Source: Pirellulaceae bacterium
GTDB lineage: Bacteria > Planctomycetota > Planctomycetia > Pirellulales > Pirellulaceae
DNA: 64,000 nucleotides
Reading direction: 5' to 3'
Assembly: GCA_965216885.1 (NCBI GenBank)
Contig: OZ244208.1
Location: 730,848 to 794,847 of the forward strand
This document shows, in pieces, positions 28,552 to 35,474 of this stretch. The notes below the pieces were generated by a model that saw nothing but the letters and a program-made list of their open reading frames with translations, was not told the origin of the DNA and did no database searches. Both the position numbers and the translations under genes were made by a program. The first letter of the stretch is position 1. The number at the start of each line of letters is the position of its first letter.

Positions 28552-28552
28552 C

Positions 28553-28626
28553 TGCGGGATGGAGCAGTTGGCAGCTCGCAAGGCTCATAACCTTGAGGTC
28601 GATGGTTCGAGTCCATCTCCCGCTAT
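28553..28626 (+). tRNA. tRNA-Met(CAT), possibly initiator-like (mismatched 1:72 pair); body close to E. coli tRNA-fMet
   Basis: The sequence TGCGGGATGGAGCAGTTGGCAGCTCGCAAGGCTCATAACCTTGAGGTCGATGGTTCGAGTCCATCTCCCGCTA resembles the E. coli initiator tRNA. It lies 2 nt after the previous tRNA. Confidence 0.7.
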
Positions 28627-28633
28627 TTTGAAT

Positions 28634-28718
28634 ACCGGTGGGCTGACGTTGGTGTCAGGGGGTGGCTGTTAACCACCTGTGAGGAAACTCTACGCAGGTT
28701 CGATTCCTGCTGCCGGTG
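28634..28718 (+). tRNA. Non-canonical tRNA-like gene: anticodon GTT (Asn) on a class-II body with a long variable arm
   Basis: Acceptor ACCGGTG/TGCCGGT pairs over 7 bp with 2 G-U. D-stem CTGA/TCAG, anticodon arm GGTGG-CTGTTAA-CCACC, a 16-nt variable arm containing the GAG-GAAA-CTC hairpin, T-arm GCAGG-TTCGATT-CCTGC. Confidence 0.5.
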
Positions 28719-28760
28719 CTTGATTGGTATTCGTGTGCGGTGAAAGTTCCACGCGATGTT

Positions 28761-28851
28761 GGAAGGGCAAACCAATTGGCGATGGTGGCCGTCTCGAAAA
28801 CGGGTGAGCGATAATGATATCGCCTTGAGGGTTCGACTCCCTCTCCTTCCG
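28761..28851 (+). tRNA. tRNA-Ser(CGA)
   Basis: Acceptor GGAAGGG/TCCTTCC, anticodon loop CTCGAAA, a long variable-arm hairpin GCGATA-ATGA-TATCGC, T-arm GAGGG-TTCGACT-CCCTC; length 91 nt. Confidence 0.75.
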
Positions 28852-29099
28852 CTGTCGAGCTGGTGCCGATTCAAGGCGACCTCGCAACAGAAGTTTTGTT
28901 GTTTTACATGAACCCGAATCTGCGGAACGCGTCTTTAATGGCGGCAACCGAGACCGCTTAACCGAAGTAAACGAGAACGATGAATAATTTACGATCCAAC
29001 ACCGAACAATCGAGGAGCATAAACGCGATGTGTTATCGCGATTTGCTCGCTGAATATGTAATGCGGTTGTGATGTCAGGCTGACCATTGTGTCCACGAT

Positions 29100-29125
29100 A
29101 GCCCGGCATTGCCGGGCTTTTTTTG
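29100..29125 (+). terminator. Strong rho-independent terminator inside the tRNA array
   Basis: AGCCCGGC-ATT-GCCGGGCT followed by TTTTTTT. Confidence 0.75.
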
Positions 29126-29160
29126 TGCCTTCACCGAGCGGAAAGGTGAGCAAAACCAAC

Positions 29161-29233
29161 GTCCATGGAGTGTGCTGGATTCGCACGCGACCCTGCGAAG
29201 GTCGAGGATCAGGTTCGATTCCTGGCTTGGACG
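29161..29233 (+). tRNA. tRNA-Arg(GCG)
   Basis: Acceptor GTCCATG/CTTGGAC (one mismatch), D-stem GTGT/GCAC, anticodon arm CGACC-CTGCGAA-GGTCG is perfect, T-arm TCAGG-TTCGATT-CCTGG. Confidence 0.65.
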
Positions 29234-29268
29234 CTCAGCGAACGAATGGACGACAACCAGGGAACTCT

Positions 29269-29339
29269 GGCCTGCGAGTGTGATGGAAGCACGACTGACT
29301 TCGAATCAGTTAGACGAGGTTCGACTCCTCGGTGGGCTA
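29269..29339 (+). tRNA. tRNA-Arg(TCG), second copy; D-arm resembles the copy at 15360
   Basis: Acceptor GGCCTGC/GTGGGCT (3 G-U), anticodon arm ACTGA-CTTCGAA-TCAGT is perfect, T-arm CGAGG-TTCGACT-CCTCG. Confidence 0.6.
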
Positions 29340-29357
29340 CTGAAAATTGAGACGATG

Positions 29358-29430
29358 GCACGGTACGCCAATGGCGGAGCGGCTTGCTTCAAACACAAGT
29401 GATTGTGGGTTCGAATCCCTCCCGTGCTAC
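29358..29430 (+). tRNA. tRNA-Leu(CAA)-like with a short (5-nt) variable arm; non-canonical for a Leu tRNA
   Basis: Acceptor GGCACGG/CCGTGCT, anticodon loop TTCAAAC, T-arm GTGGG-TTCGAAT-CCCTC. Confidence 0.5.
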
Positions 29431-29484
29431 TGAAACACCGAGTTACCAACAACAGAGACTCCAACACCATCGAAAGGGGAAACA

Positions 29485-29727
29485 ATGAACGGCAACAACC
29501 AATTCTCCGTGCAACTTGCCAACGGTCGCGAGCAGACATTCGAAAGTGCTGAACAGATGGTGGAGTGGATGGAGCGGCAACGTAGCCCTCGACTATCGGC
29601 CAATCGCAATCGAAACGCATCTCGTCGTGGTCGTCGATCGGCGGAGAAAGCCAACCCGCGGAAGCCTGTTAGCTCCGGCGAACCACCTTTGGCACGGTAC
29701 GCGAACCGGAATAGCGGCGAAGTTTAA
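29485..29727 (+). CDS. Small basic hypothetical ORF (80 aa) embedded in the tRNA array; its 3' end overlaps the next tRNA
   Basis: A strong SD (AAAGGGG) lies 8 nt upstream of the ATG. The N-terminal 35 aa look protein-like; the C-terminal part is Arg-rich and overlaps the tRNA at 29691. Confidence 0.3.
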   Translation: MNGNNQFSVQLANGREQTFESAEQMVEWMERQRSPRLSANRNRNASRRGRRSAEKANPRKPVSSGEPPLARYANRNSGEV

Positions 29728-29764
29728 GCCTTCGTGTTTGCGGGTTCGACTCCCGCCCGTGCTA
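29691..29764 (+). tRNA. tRNA-Leu(TAA)-like with a short variable arm; shares its acceptor stem with the gene at 29358
   Basis: Acceptor GGCACGG/CCGTGCT, anticodon arm CGAAG-TTTAAGC-CTTCG is perfect, T-arm GCGGG-TTCGACT-CCCGC. Confidence 0.55.
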
Positions 29765-29811
29765 CTGACGTGGAGTCGCGAGCGTGGGTAAGTGACATGA
29801 AGTGAGGCAAC

Positions 29812-29894
29812 GAGTCGGTCGGGCAATTGGTCGTCCAGCCTGTCTGTAAAACAGGTGCCTTCGGGCGTTGGGGGTTCGATTCCCTCTCGGCTCA
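29812..29894 (+). tRNA. tRNA-Tyr(GTA), class II
   Basis: Acceptor GAGTCGG/TCGGCTC, anticodon arm CCTGT-CTGTAAA-ACAGG, long variable-arm hairpin GCC-TTCG-GGC, T-arm GGGGG-TTCGATT-CCCTC. Confidence 0.7.
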
Positions 29895-29915
29895 CTTTGC
29901 AAAGGAGTGAAGCAC

Positions 29916-29990
29916 GGCGCGGTAGTTTCTGTTGGTAGAAATCTCAGGCTTTCAACCTGAAGTTCGCGGGTTCGATTCCCGTTCGCGTCA
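29916..29990 (+). tRNA. tRNA-Glu(TTC)
   Basis: Acceptor GGCGCGG/TCGCGTC, anticodon arm TCAGG-CTTTCAA-CCTGA is perfect, T-arm GCGGG-TTCGATT-CCCGT. Confidence 0.7.
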
Positions 29991-30066
29991 CTAAGGAGGC
30001 TAGAAGCCAGAAATGAGAGGTCAGTACCACGCGGTCTGTGGTACCTCGCTTCTCGTCTCCCTTTCC

Positions 30067-30134
30067 TGCAAGCCAGTTGGCACTGAACTGACTTTCATAC
30101 GGTCGGTCGCCCGGTTCGATTCCGGGGCTTGCAA
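30067..30134 (+). tRNA. Degenerate short (68-nt) tRNA-like gene, CAT-anticodon-like; probable pseudo-tRNA
   Basis: Perfect acceptor TGCAAGC/GCTTGCA, T-arm CCCGG-TTCGATT-CCGGG; the D and anticodon arms are weak. Confidence 0.4.
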
Positions 30135-30232
30135 CTTGCGGGTCGAGCCAGCTGCTCCGCGAGGCTTCATGAGCCTCGTTGTCCGGGTGCAACTCCCGGA
30201 CCCGCCACCAACAATTATCAAGGTGCGGAAAC

Positions 30233-30311
30233 GGTCGAGTACGCAAACAGGCAAAGCGGCCAGATCGAGAGTCTGGTGACTTTGTGGGTTCGACTCCCAC
30301 TTCGACCACCA
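30233..30311 (+). tRNA. tRNA-Leu(GAG)-like with a short 7-nt variable arm and a genomically encoded 3' CCA
   Basis: Acceptor GGTCGAG/TTCGACC followed by A then CCA, anticodon arm CCAGA-TCGAGAG-TCTGG, T-arm GTGGG-TTCGACT-CCCAC. Confidence 0.5.
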
Positions 30312-30316
30312 AGAAT

Positions 30317-30389
30317 GATCCCGTGGTCCAATGGCGAAGACGCCTGCGTGACAGGCAGGAGAGTGATGGTTCGATTCCATCCGGGGTTA
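30317..30389 (+). tRNA. tRNA-Val(GAC)
   Basis: Canonical numbering fits exactly: acceptor GATCCCG/CGGGGTT, anticodon arm CCTGC-GTGACAG-GCAGG, T-arm GATGG-TTCGATT-CCATC. Confidence 0.75.
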
Positions 30390-30455
30390 CTGTTTTGAGG
30401 TGTATTAACCGAGGCAAACGTCGCGCTCGAGGAGCGCGACGTTTGCACCAACTAC

Positions 30456-30528
30456 GGGCCGACATGTTCCATGGGGGCGACTGACTCTTGCAAAGTCGGT
30501 GTGATGAGTTCGATTCTCATTCGGTCCA
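30456..30528 (+). tRNA. tRNA-Ala(TGC)-like with a degenerate D-arm
   Basis: Acceptor GGGCCGA/TCGGTCC, anticodon arm TGACT-CTTGCAA-AGTCG, T-arm ATGAG-TTCGATT-CTCAT. Confidence 0.55.
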
Positions 30529-30566
30529 CTCGCGTCGTACAGCAGTACACCGGCGAAGTAACATAC

Positions 30567-30653
30567 GGAAGGTAGCCAGATACTGGTTCGCTGGGACTGC
30601 CTGCTAAGCAGTTGGCGTTAACGCGTCTGAGGGTTCAATTCCCTTGCCTTCCG
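30567..30653 (+). tRNA. tRNA-Ser(GCT), class II
   Basis: Acceptor GGAAGGT/GCCTTCC, anticodon arm ACTGC-CTGCTAA-GCAGT, variable-arm hairpin GCGTTAACGC, T-arm GAGGG-TTCAATT-CCCTT; length 87 nt. Confidence 0.75.
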
Positions 30654-30668
30654 CTTGAAGAGGAACGA

Positions 30669-30740
30669 GGGCTCGATAGTGAAGTGGACATCACACCTTT
30701 CTTCTAAAAAGGGATGCCGGGTTCGAATCCTGGTCGGGCT
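30669..30740 (+). tRNA. tRNA-Arg(TCT)
   Basis: Acceptor GGCTCGA/TCGGGCT, D-stem GTGA/TCAC, anticodon arm CCTTT-CTTCTAA-AAAGG is perfect, T-arm CCGGG-TTCGAAT-CCTGG. Confidence 0.75.
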
Positions 30741-30762
30741 GCTGAAGACATGAAAGATATCA

Positions 30763-30833
30763 AGACGCTGGAGCCAGATGGCAAGGCGGCTGCCTGCAAA
30801 GCAGTTGAAGTGGGTTCGATTCCCACCGGCGTC
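30763..30833 (+). tRNA. tRNA-Cys(GCA)
   Basis: Acceptor GACGCTG/CGGCGTC, anticodon arm GCTGC-CTGCAAA-GCAGT, T-arm GTGGG-TTCGATT-CCCAC. Confidence 0.7.
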
Positions 30834-30934
30834 TCTTTTAGGCAAGTTTGAAATCGCTGGGCCAGCGGCGCACTTCGCTCTCTATGAGTTGCGGGGTGTG
30901 TTCCGAACATGGGTTTTGATCAAGGCGATTTCGA

Positions 30935-31006
30935 GCGTGGTTAGCTCAGAGGTAGAGCACCAGACATTTAATCTGGCAGTCACAGGTTCGACTCCTGTAC
31001 CACTCC
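30935..31006 (+). tRNA. tRNA-Lys(TTT)-like with an unusual C32/A33 anticodon loop (CATTTAA)
   Basis: Acceptor GCGTGGT/ACCACTC (one mismatch), D-arm GCTCAGAGGTAGAGC, anticodon arm CCAGA-CATTTAA-TCTGG, T-arm ACAGG-TTCGACT-CCTGT. Confidence 0.55.
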
Positions 31007-31450
31007 GCAGATTGCACTCTGCTCCGAGAGGTGTGTTTTGGAACACAACCACGATGAAAGCCTGAAGATGGTGGGCGTTTTTCGGTCGGCCAACATTTAA
31101 ACCAACGCATTTCACGCGGTCGGCTACGGTCGAGGACGACGAAATCGCAGCGGTTGAAATGGGGGCAACATTGGCAACCGCCTTGCAGTGAATGGATACC
31201 GTGAACTGACGTCCGCTGCCGGACACCGGGACGCTCGATCACCGAAGTGGAAACTGGTCCACGGACGTGATGGAGCGGAAGCCGTGCGAAGCAGCGAGCA
31301 AACGCTTACTTAAATTCGCTCCGCGATTTGTCGTGTGAACGACGAACGTACCGCCGTCGGAAGGTTTTGAATTGAGACACTTTGTATTACTGGTTTGAGT
31401 TTTTGTGCTCTTCGATTGAAGTGAAGGGCAGTCGTGAAGGAGGAAGAGGC

Positions 31451-32551
31451 ATGTTTCAGCGTATCAAGATCCGTAGCTTTGAGGCAGGATTGCACTTCAG
31501 TGACGGCGAGTTCAAGGGCGTTCTGGGCCAGGGAAGTCACTGGCAGTTCAACCCGCTGCAGAAGCACCGCGTTGATGTCGTGTCGCAGCGTGACCCGTGG
31601 CTGGTTCACGGTTGTCTCGACATGATGATCCAGTCGGGTTTGCTGGGCGAGCGGGCGACGGTTGTTGACCTGAAGGATCACGAGCGAGCGCTAGTTTGGG
31701 TCGACGGACGTTTCAACCGCATTTTGCCGCCGGGACAGTACGCCTACTGGAACGGATTTCGTGATGTGCGAGTTGAAGTGGTCGACGCGCGCGAAGTTCG
31801 CTTTGAGCATCCGGAGCTGAAGTTGATCGCGGGATCGCCGAATGCACAAATGCTCTTGGACGTTTGCATGGTCAACCGTAACAACGCCGGTGTCCTGTTT
31901 GTTGACGGCAAGTTCATCGATACGCTTTCGCCGGGTCAGTACGCATTTTGGAAGGGTGCGTCGGACTCGCGACTGGTCGAAGTCGACCTGCGTGAGACGA
32001 TCGTTGACGTCAGCGGTCAGGAAATCATGACGGCCGACAAGGTGACGCTGCGCATGAACGCGGTCGTTACGTACCGCATCGCTGACCCGTTGAAGTGCGT
32101 CACGCAGACGGATGACGTGCGACAGGCGCTCTATCGGGAAACGCAGTTGGTGGTTCGCGAGATCGTGGGTGCCCGTGAGTTGGACGCGTTCCTGACGGAG
32201 AAGGATGTCGTCGCGACGGAAATCGCGCAGGCAGTCAGCGAACGAGCTGCAGACCTCGGTTTGCACCTGGCGTCGGTCGGTATTCGGGACGTGATCCTGC
32301 CGGGTGAAATGAAGGATCTGATGAACAAGGTCACGGAAGCGCGGAAGGCGGCCGAGGCAAACCTGATCGCACGTCGCGAGGAAACGGCGGCGATGCGCAG
32401 CCAGGCAAACACGGCGAAGGTATTGGCGGACAACCCGACGTTGATGCGTCTGCGAGAGCTGGAGGTTCTGGAGAGCATCGCGGCGACGGGTAAGTTGAAC
32501 GTTGTACTCGGCGAAAAGGGATTGGCCGACCGTGTGACGAACCTGTTGTAA
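31451..32551 (+). CDS. SPFH/Band-7 (stomatin/flotillin-like) domain protein with a duplicated N-terminal about 55-aa motif
   Basis: RBS GAAGGAGGAAG upstream. An SPFH core (TADKVTLRMNAVVTYRI...) is followed by a C-terminal coiled coil. I chose the Met at 31451 (MFQRIKI). Confidence 0.65.
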   Translation: MFQRIKIRSFEAGLHFSDGEFKGVLGQGSHWQFNPLQKHRVDVVSQRDPWLVHGCLDMMIQSGLLGERATVVDLKDHERALVWVDGRFNRILPPGQYAYWNGFRDVRVEVVDAREVRFEHPELKLIAGSPNAQMLLDVCMVNRNNAGVLFVDGKFIDTLSPGQYAFWKGASDSRLVEVDLRETIVDVSGQEIMTADKVTLRMNAVVTYRIADPLKCVTQTDDVRQALYRETQLVVREIVGARELDAFLTEKDVVATEIAQAVSERAADLGLHLASVGIRDVILPGEMKDLMNKVTEARKAAEANLIARREETAAMRSQANTAKVLADNPTLMRLRELEVLESIAATGKLNVVLGEKGLADRVTNLL

Positions 32552-32577
32552 TCCTGCCCCGTGCCGATCAACAAAAA

Positions 32578-32617
32578 AGCCCCGCTCGAATCTCTTCGGG
32601 CGGGGCTTTGATTTTTC
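32578..32617. terminator. Bidirectional intrinsic terminator between the convergent SPFH and HDOD-GGDEF genes
   Basis: AAAAAAGCCCCGC-loop-GCGGGGCTTTGATTTTT. Confidence 0.65.
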
Positions 32618-32625
32618 GGTGATCT

Positions 32626-34143
32626 CTAGGAAGTGAGGGCTTCTTCAGCGTCTGCGAAGACGACGCAGTTGCGGCCTTTTCGTTTGGCTTCGTACAAGGC
32701 CTTGTCCGCGAACTCAATGAGTTCACGGCTGTTGGTGTCGGGGAATCGCTGGGAAGCCGCCAACCCGAAACTGGCCGTGACGTTTACGTCGCCGTCGTCC
32801 GTTGGGACCGCATGCTTCTCAATGGATTGGCGGAAACGGTCGGCAATGTCGAAAACGTGGTCAACCTTAGCGTTGTGAAGGATGACGCAGAATTCTTCTC
32901 CGCCGTAGCGGGCGAGAAAGTCGGTGCCGCGAACGCATGCCGCCAGTACCTGCCCGACCTCGCGGAGGACCGCGTCACCAACAGCGTGGCCATAGGTGTC
33001 GTTGAACTTCTTGAAGTGATCGACGTCGATCATCATGACCGCATACGGCAACGCGGTCTTACTCTTGCGGGAACTGTCCAGCTGATCGAGTTCCAGCTCC
33101 AGCGCGTGCCGGTTCGGGATTCCGGTGAGTGCGTCGGTGGTCGAAACTTCCTCGAGACGTTTGTTCTCATGCTGAAGTTCGTCGGCTTCGGTTCTTGCTT
33201 CCGACAGGTCGGTCGCCATTCCAAGGCTGAGCATAACCAGTTGTTGCCGGGCCTGTTCCAGAATGGAAGCACAATCGAGCCCGTTGTCGAGCGGACTGTT
33301 GAATGATTCGAGGGCTTCTTCAATTGCCATTTGGCTGGAGATCACCAAACGCTCCATGGCACTGGCGGAAACGCCCAGCAATTCGACCGAAAGGCGATGC
33401 AGGTCCTGCATGACCTGCGCTTTGTCCTTGCTGAACACCAATTCGGCGGCGAGGTCGGCAAGATGTACGATTGCGGCCATCTCGTCGGCGTCCGTCTTTC
33501 GATCGGCACTGGCCTTGGGTTTCTCCCAGCTTCCGACGACTTCGGATATGACACCAGGCAGCTCCCATTTTTCCAACAGGATTCGTCCGGCAACGTGATG
33601 ATCGGTCGACAACAGGTCGCGCTCCTGCTGGGGCGACGGCAACGCCCCGCCGGCAGCCTTGATCACGTCGACATATTCATCGGGGATGATGGTGCTAAGC
33701 AACAATTGACCGATACGCGAGATCAAGCCGCACAGGAAGACCTGCTCGTTCTGTTCGAAACCAACCAGTCGGGCAATGCCTCGCGCGAACACGGCGGTCG
33801 CGATGGAGTGTTGCCAGAGTAGCGGATCTGATTTGCCCGACGCGTCCTGCCACCCGGGGAACTTCTCCTTGATGGAGAAGCCAAGGGCCACGATCAGGAT
33901 TCGTCGAGTTCCCAGATTCGTGAGCGCTTCCTTGAGTGTGGTGATTGTCCGCCCACGAGAGAACGTGCTGGAATTCACCAACTTCAGGATTTTGGCCGCG
34001 AGTGCCGGGTCCATGGAAATGATATCGCTGGCAAGCTGCATGCCGGCGTCGGGGTTCCTCGAGAACTCAAGGATCTCGAGGACGACGTGAGGTGGATTGG
34101 GTAGCGAATCCACGTTTTTTAGTTGTTCGTTTATGTCGGGCAT
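32626..34143 (-). CDS. HDOD-domain plus GGDEF diguanylate cyclase
   Basis: The N-terminal HDOD signature runs from LPNPPHVVLEIL through KILKLVNSSTF. The C-terminal GGDEF domain has an RYGGEEF active site. I chose the Met at 34143 (MPDINEQL). Confidence 0.75.
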   Translation of the reverse strand: MPDINEQLKNVDSLPNPPHVVLEILEFSRNPDAGMQLASDIISMDPALAAKILKLVNSSTFSRGRTITTLKEALTNLGTRRILIVALGFSIKEKFPGWQDASGKSDPLLWQHSIATAVFARGIARLVGFEQNEQVFLCGLISRIGQLLLSTIIPDEYVDVIKAAGGALPSPQQERDLLSTDHHVAGRILLEKWELPGVISEVVGSWEKPKASADRKTDADEMAAIVHLADLAAELVFSKDKAQVMQDLHRLSVELLGVSASAMERLVISSQMAIEEALESFNSPLDNGLDCASILEQARQQLVMLSLGMATDLSEARTEADELQHENKRLEEVSTTDALTGIPNRHALELELDQLDSSRKSKTALPYAVMMIDVDHFKKFNDTYGHAVGDAVLREVGQVLAACVRGTDFLARYGGEEFCVILHNAKVDHVFDIADRFRQSIEKHAVPTDDGDVNVTASFGLAASQRFPDTNSRELIEFADKALYEAKRKGRNCVVFADAEEALTS

Positions 34144-34390
34144 TTTTCTGTCGGCTCGAATAAATCTTATGCAACGCACATCACCATTACATAGGTTTCG
34201 AGGGGACGAATGCCTACTCAGAGGGGTGACAAAATGTGTCAAGTTTGATTGCGCCCACGCGTCTGTGGAGATTGAATCGGCTCGACGGATTGGTCGGTGT
34301 ACCGCCAATTCAGACGGGAGATGTGGCTATTGAATGGCTGAAGGTTCCATAGGAAGATAGCCTAGGAAAAAGCCTTGTGAAGAAAAATCG

Positions 34391-35017
34391 TCAGTTTCTC
34401 GCTGCCCTGGAAAGCACGTCGGATTCATATTCCGACAGTAGCGCATCAAGATTGCTTTCGATTTCGGTGAGGCTGGTTTCCTGGCGAACCTTCTGGTCCT
34501 GCACGATCGATTCGACCTGCCGTAATTCCGATCTCCACTTTTGAAGTTCGGCGTCGAGCTTGAGGTTGTCGTCGCGAACTCTTGAGGCCAGTTCCGTGGC
34601 CTTGGTGGCAGCTTCACCAAAACGTCCGTTTTCTTCCTTGAGCTGCGTCAGGCTGGCTCGGAGAGAAGCGTTCTCCTGTTCGGAGGCTTCCAGTTTGGTT
34701 CCCAGTTCGATCATGGCGTCGAGCGTACCGGGCGCGGCATCCGTCATACCGCCGGCCATTTGCGGGTAGGCAATTTGCCCATCCGGCGTGGTGGCGGTGG
34801 GCATGCCCTGCACGACATAAGGTTGTTGGACCATCGGCTGACCGTTTGGCATCACTTGCATTCCGCCGGCATAGGCGACGCCGGGCGCTGCGGCCACGGT
34901 TTGCGGTGGACAGATATGATTCTTGAAGTGCGGCGGCAATGCAGCGCAGCCGCCGATCAGCACAAGGCCCGTGACGGCCAGCAGCGTGACGATCGGTTTT
35001 GAACAGTTCCGAATCAT
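34391..35017 (-). CDS. Coiled-coil lipoprotein, hypothetical
   Basis: Lipobox LIGGC followed by a heptad-rich C-terminus. Confidence 0.45.
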   Translation of the reverse strand: MIRNCSKPIVTLLAVTGLVLIGGCAALPPHFKNHICPPQTVAAAPGVAYAGGMQVMPNGQPMVQQPYVVQGMPTATTPDGQIAYPQMAGGMTDAAPGTLDAMIELGTKLEASEQENASLRASLTQLKEENGRFGEAATKATELASRVRDDNLKLDAELQKWRSELRQVESIVQDQKVRQETSLTEIESNLDALLSEYESDVLSRAARN

Positions 35018-35077
35018 GATTTCATCCCGAAATTCGCGCTTCCCTCAGATAGCGGTTCCGTGGTTTTGAGGTCTGAA

Positions 35078-35287
35078 TTACGGATTGCTGTATTCGCAAT
35101 CGATCGTAATCTGATGTCCGCATTTGCAGGTAATGTGTATGGCGCTAATTGCCTTTCCCTGTCGCTCCAGTCGAATCTGAGCTGTGCCATCCGTCTTGAT
35201 GTCGGGGATGTGTACGGTCACCGATTTCGTGTCGTCGCGCACAATCGCACTACTCAGAATCGAAGACTGTGAGTTACGTGATTCCAT
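35078..35287 (-). CDS. Small hypothetical protein (70 aa) downstream of the fliA-coupled ORF
   Basis: Its ATG lies 1 nt after the stop of the preceding small gene; the start is chosen at MESRNSQ. No confident homology. Confidence 0.35.
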   Translation of the reverse strand: MESRNSQSSILSSAIVRDDTKSVTVHIPDIKTDGTAQIRLERQGKAISAIHITCKCGHQITIDCEYSNP

Positions 35288-35288
35288 C

Positions 35289-35474
35289 TCATGCCTCAAT
35301 GTCAATATTTTCGCCGACGCCATTCTGCTTCGTTTCGGCCTTGGGATTATTCTTGTCGGCCGATTTGTTTTGTTTTTTGTTTTTCGCTTTGTCATCCGGC
35401 AGCTTGCGCTTGTTGGGTTGACCAAAGCGTCCCGCAACGTTGCCGACGGAGTTGGAGGGTGTGATTTCAGACAT
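35289..35474 (-). CDS. 61-aa Lys-rich disordered protein translationally coupled to fliA (TAATG overlap); candidate FliA partner or anti-sigma-like factor
   Basis: Its start codon overlaps the fliA stop by 1 nt. It has no detectable FlgM motif. Confidence 0.4.
   Translation of the reverse strand: MSEITPSNSVGNVAGRFGQPNKRKLPDDKAKNKKQNKSADKNNPKAETKQNGVGENIDIEA

Noticed and set aside
27415-30910. Numerous minus-strand and plus-strand ORFs of 60-190 aa inside the tRNA array (e.g. 27415-27975, 28690-29109, 29944-30465, 30013-30279)
   Set aside because: They overlap well-formed tRNA cloverleaves and have low-complexity Arg/Pro/Ser-rich translations. The 30013-30279 ORF does have an AGGAGG-like sequence upstream but spans two tRNAs, so it was judged fortuitous.
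35078-35290. Tentative CsrA-like assignment for the 70-aa ORF downstream of fliA
   Set aside because: Only a loose resemblance to the CsrA beta-strand pattern and no conserved GxxxRIG or VxVxREE motifs; left as hypothetical.
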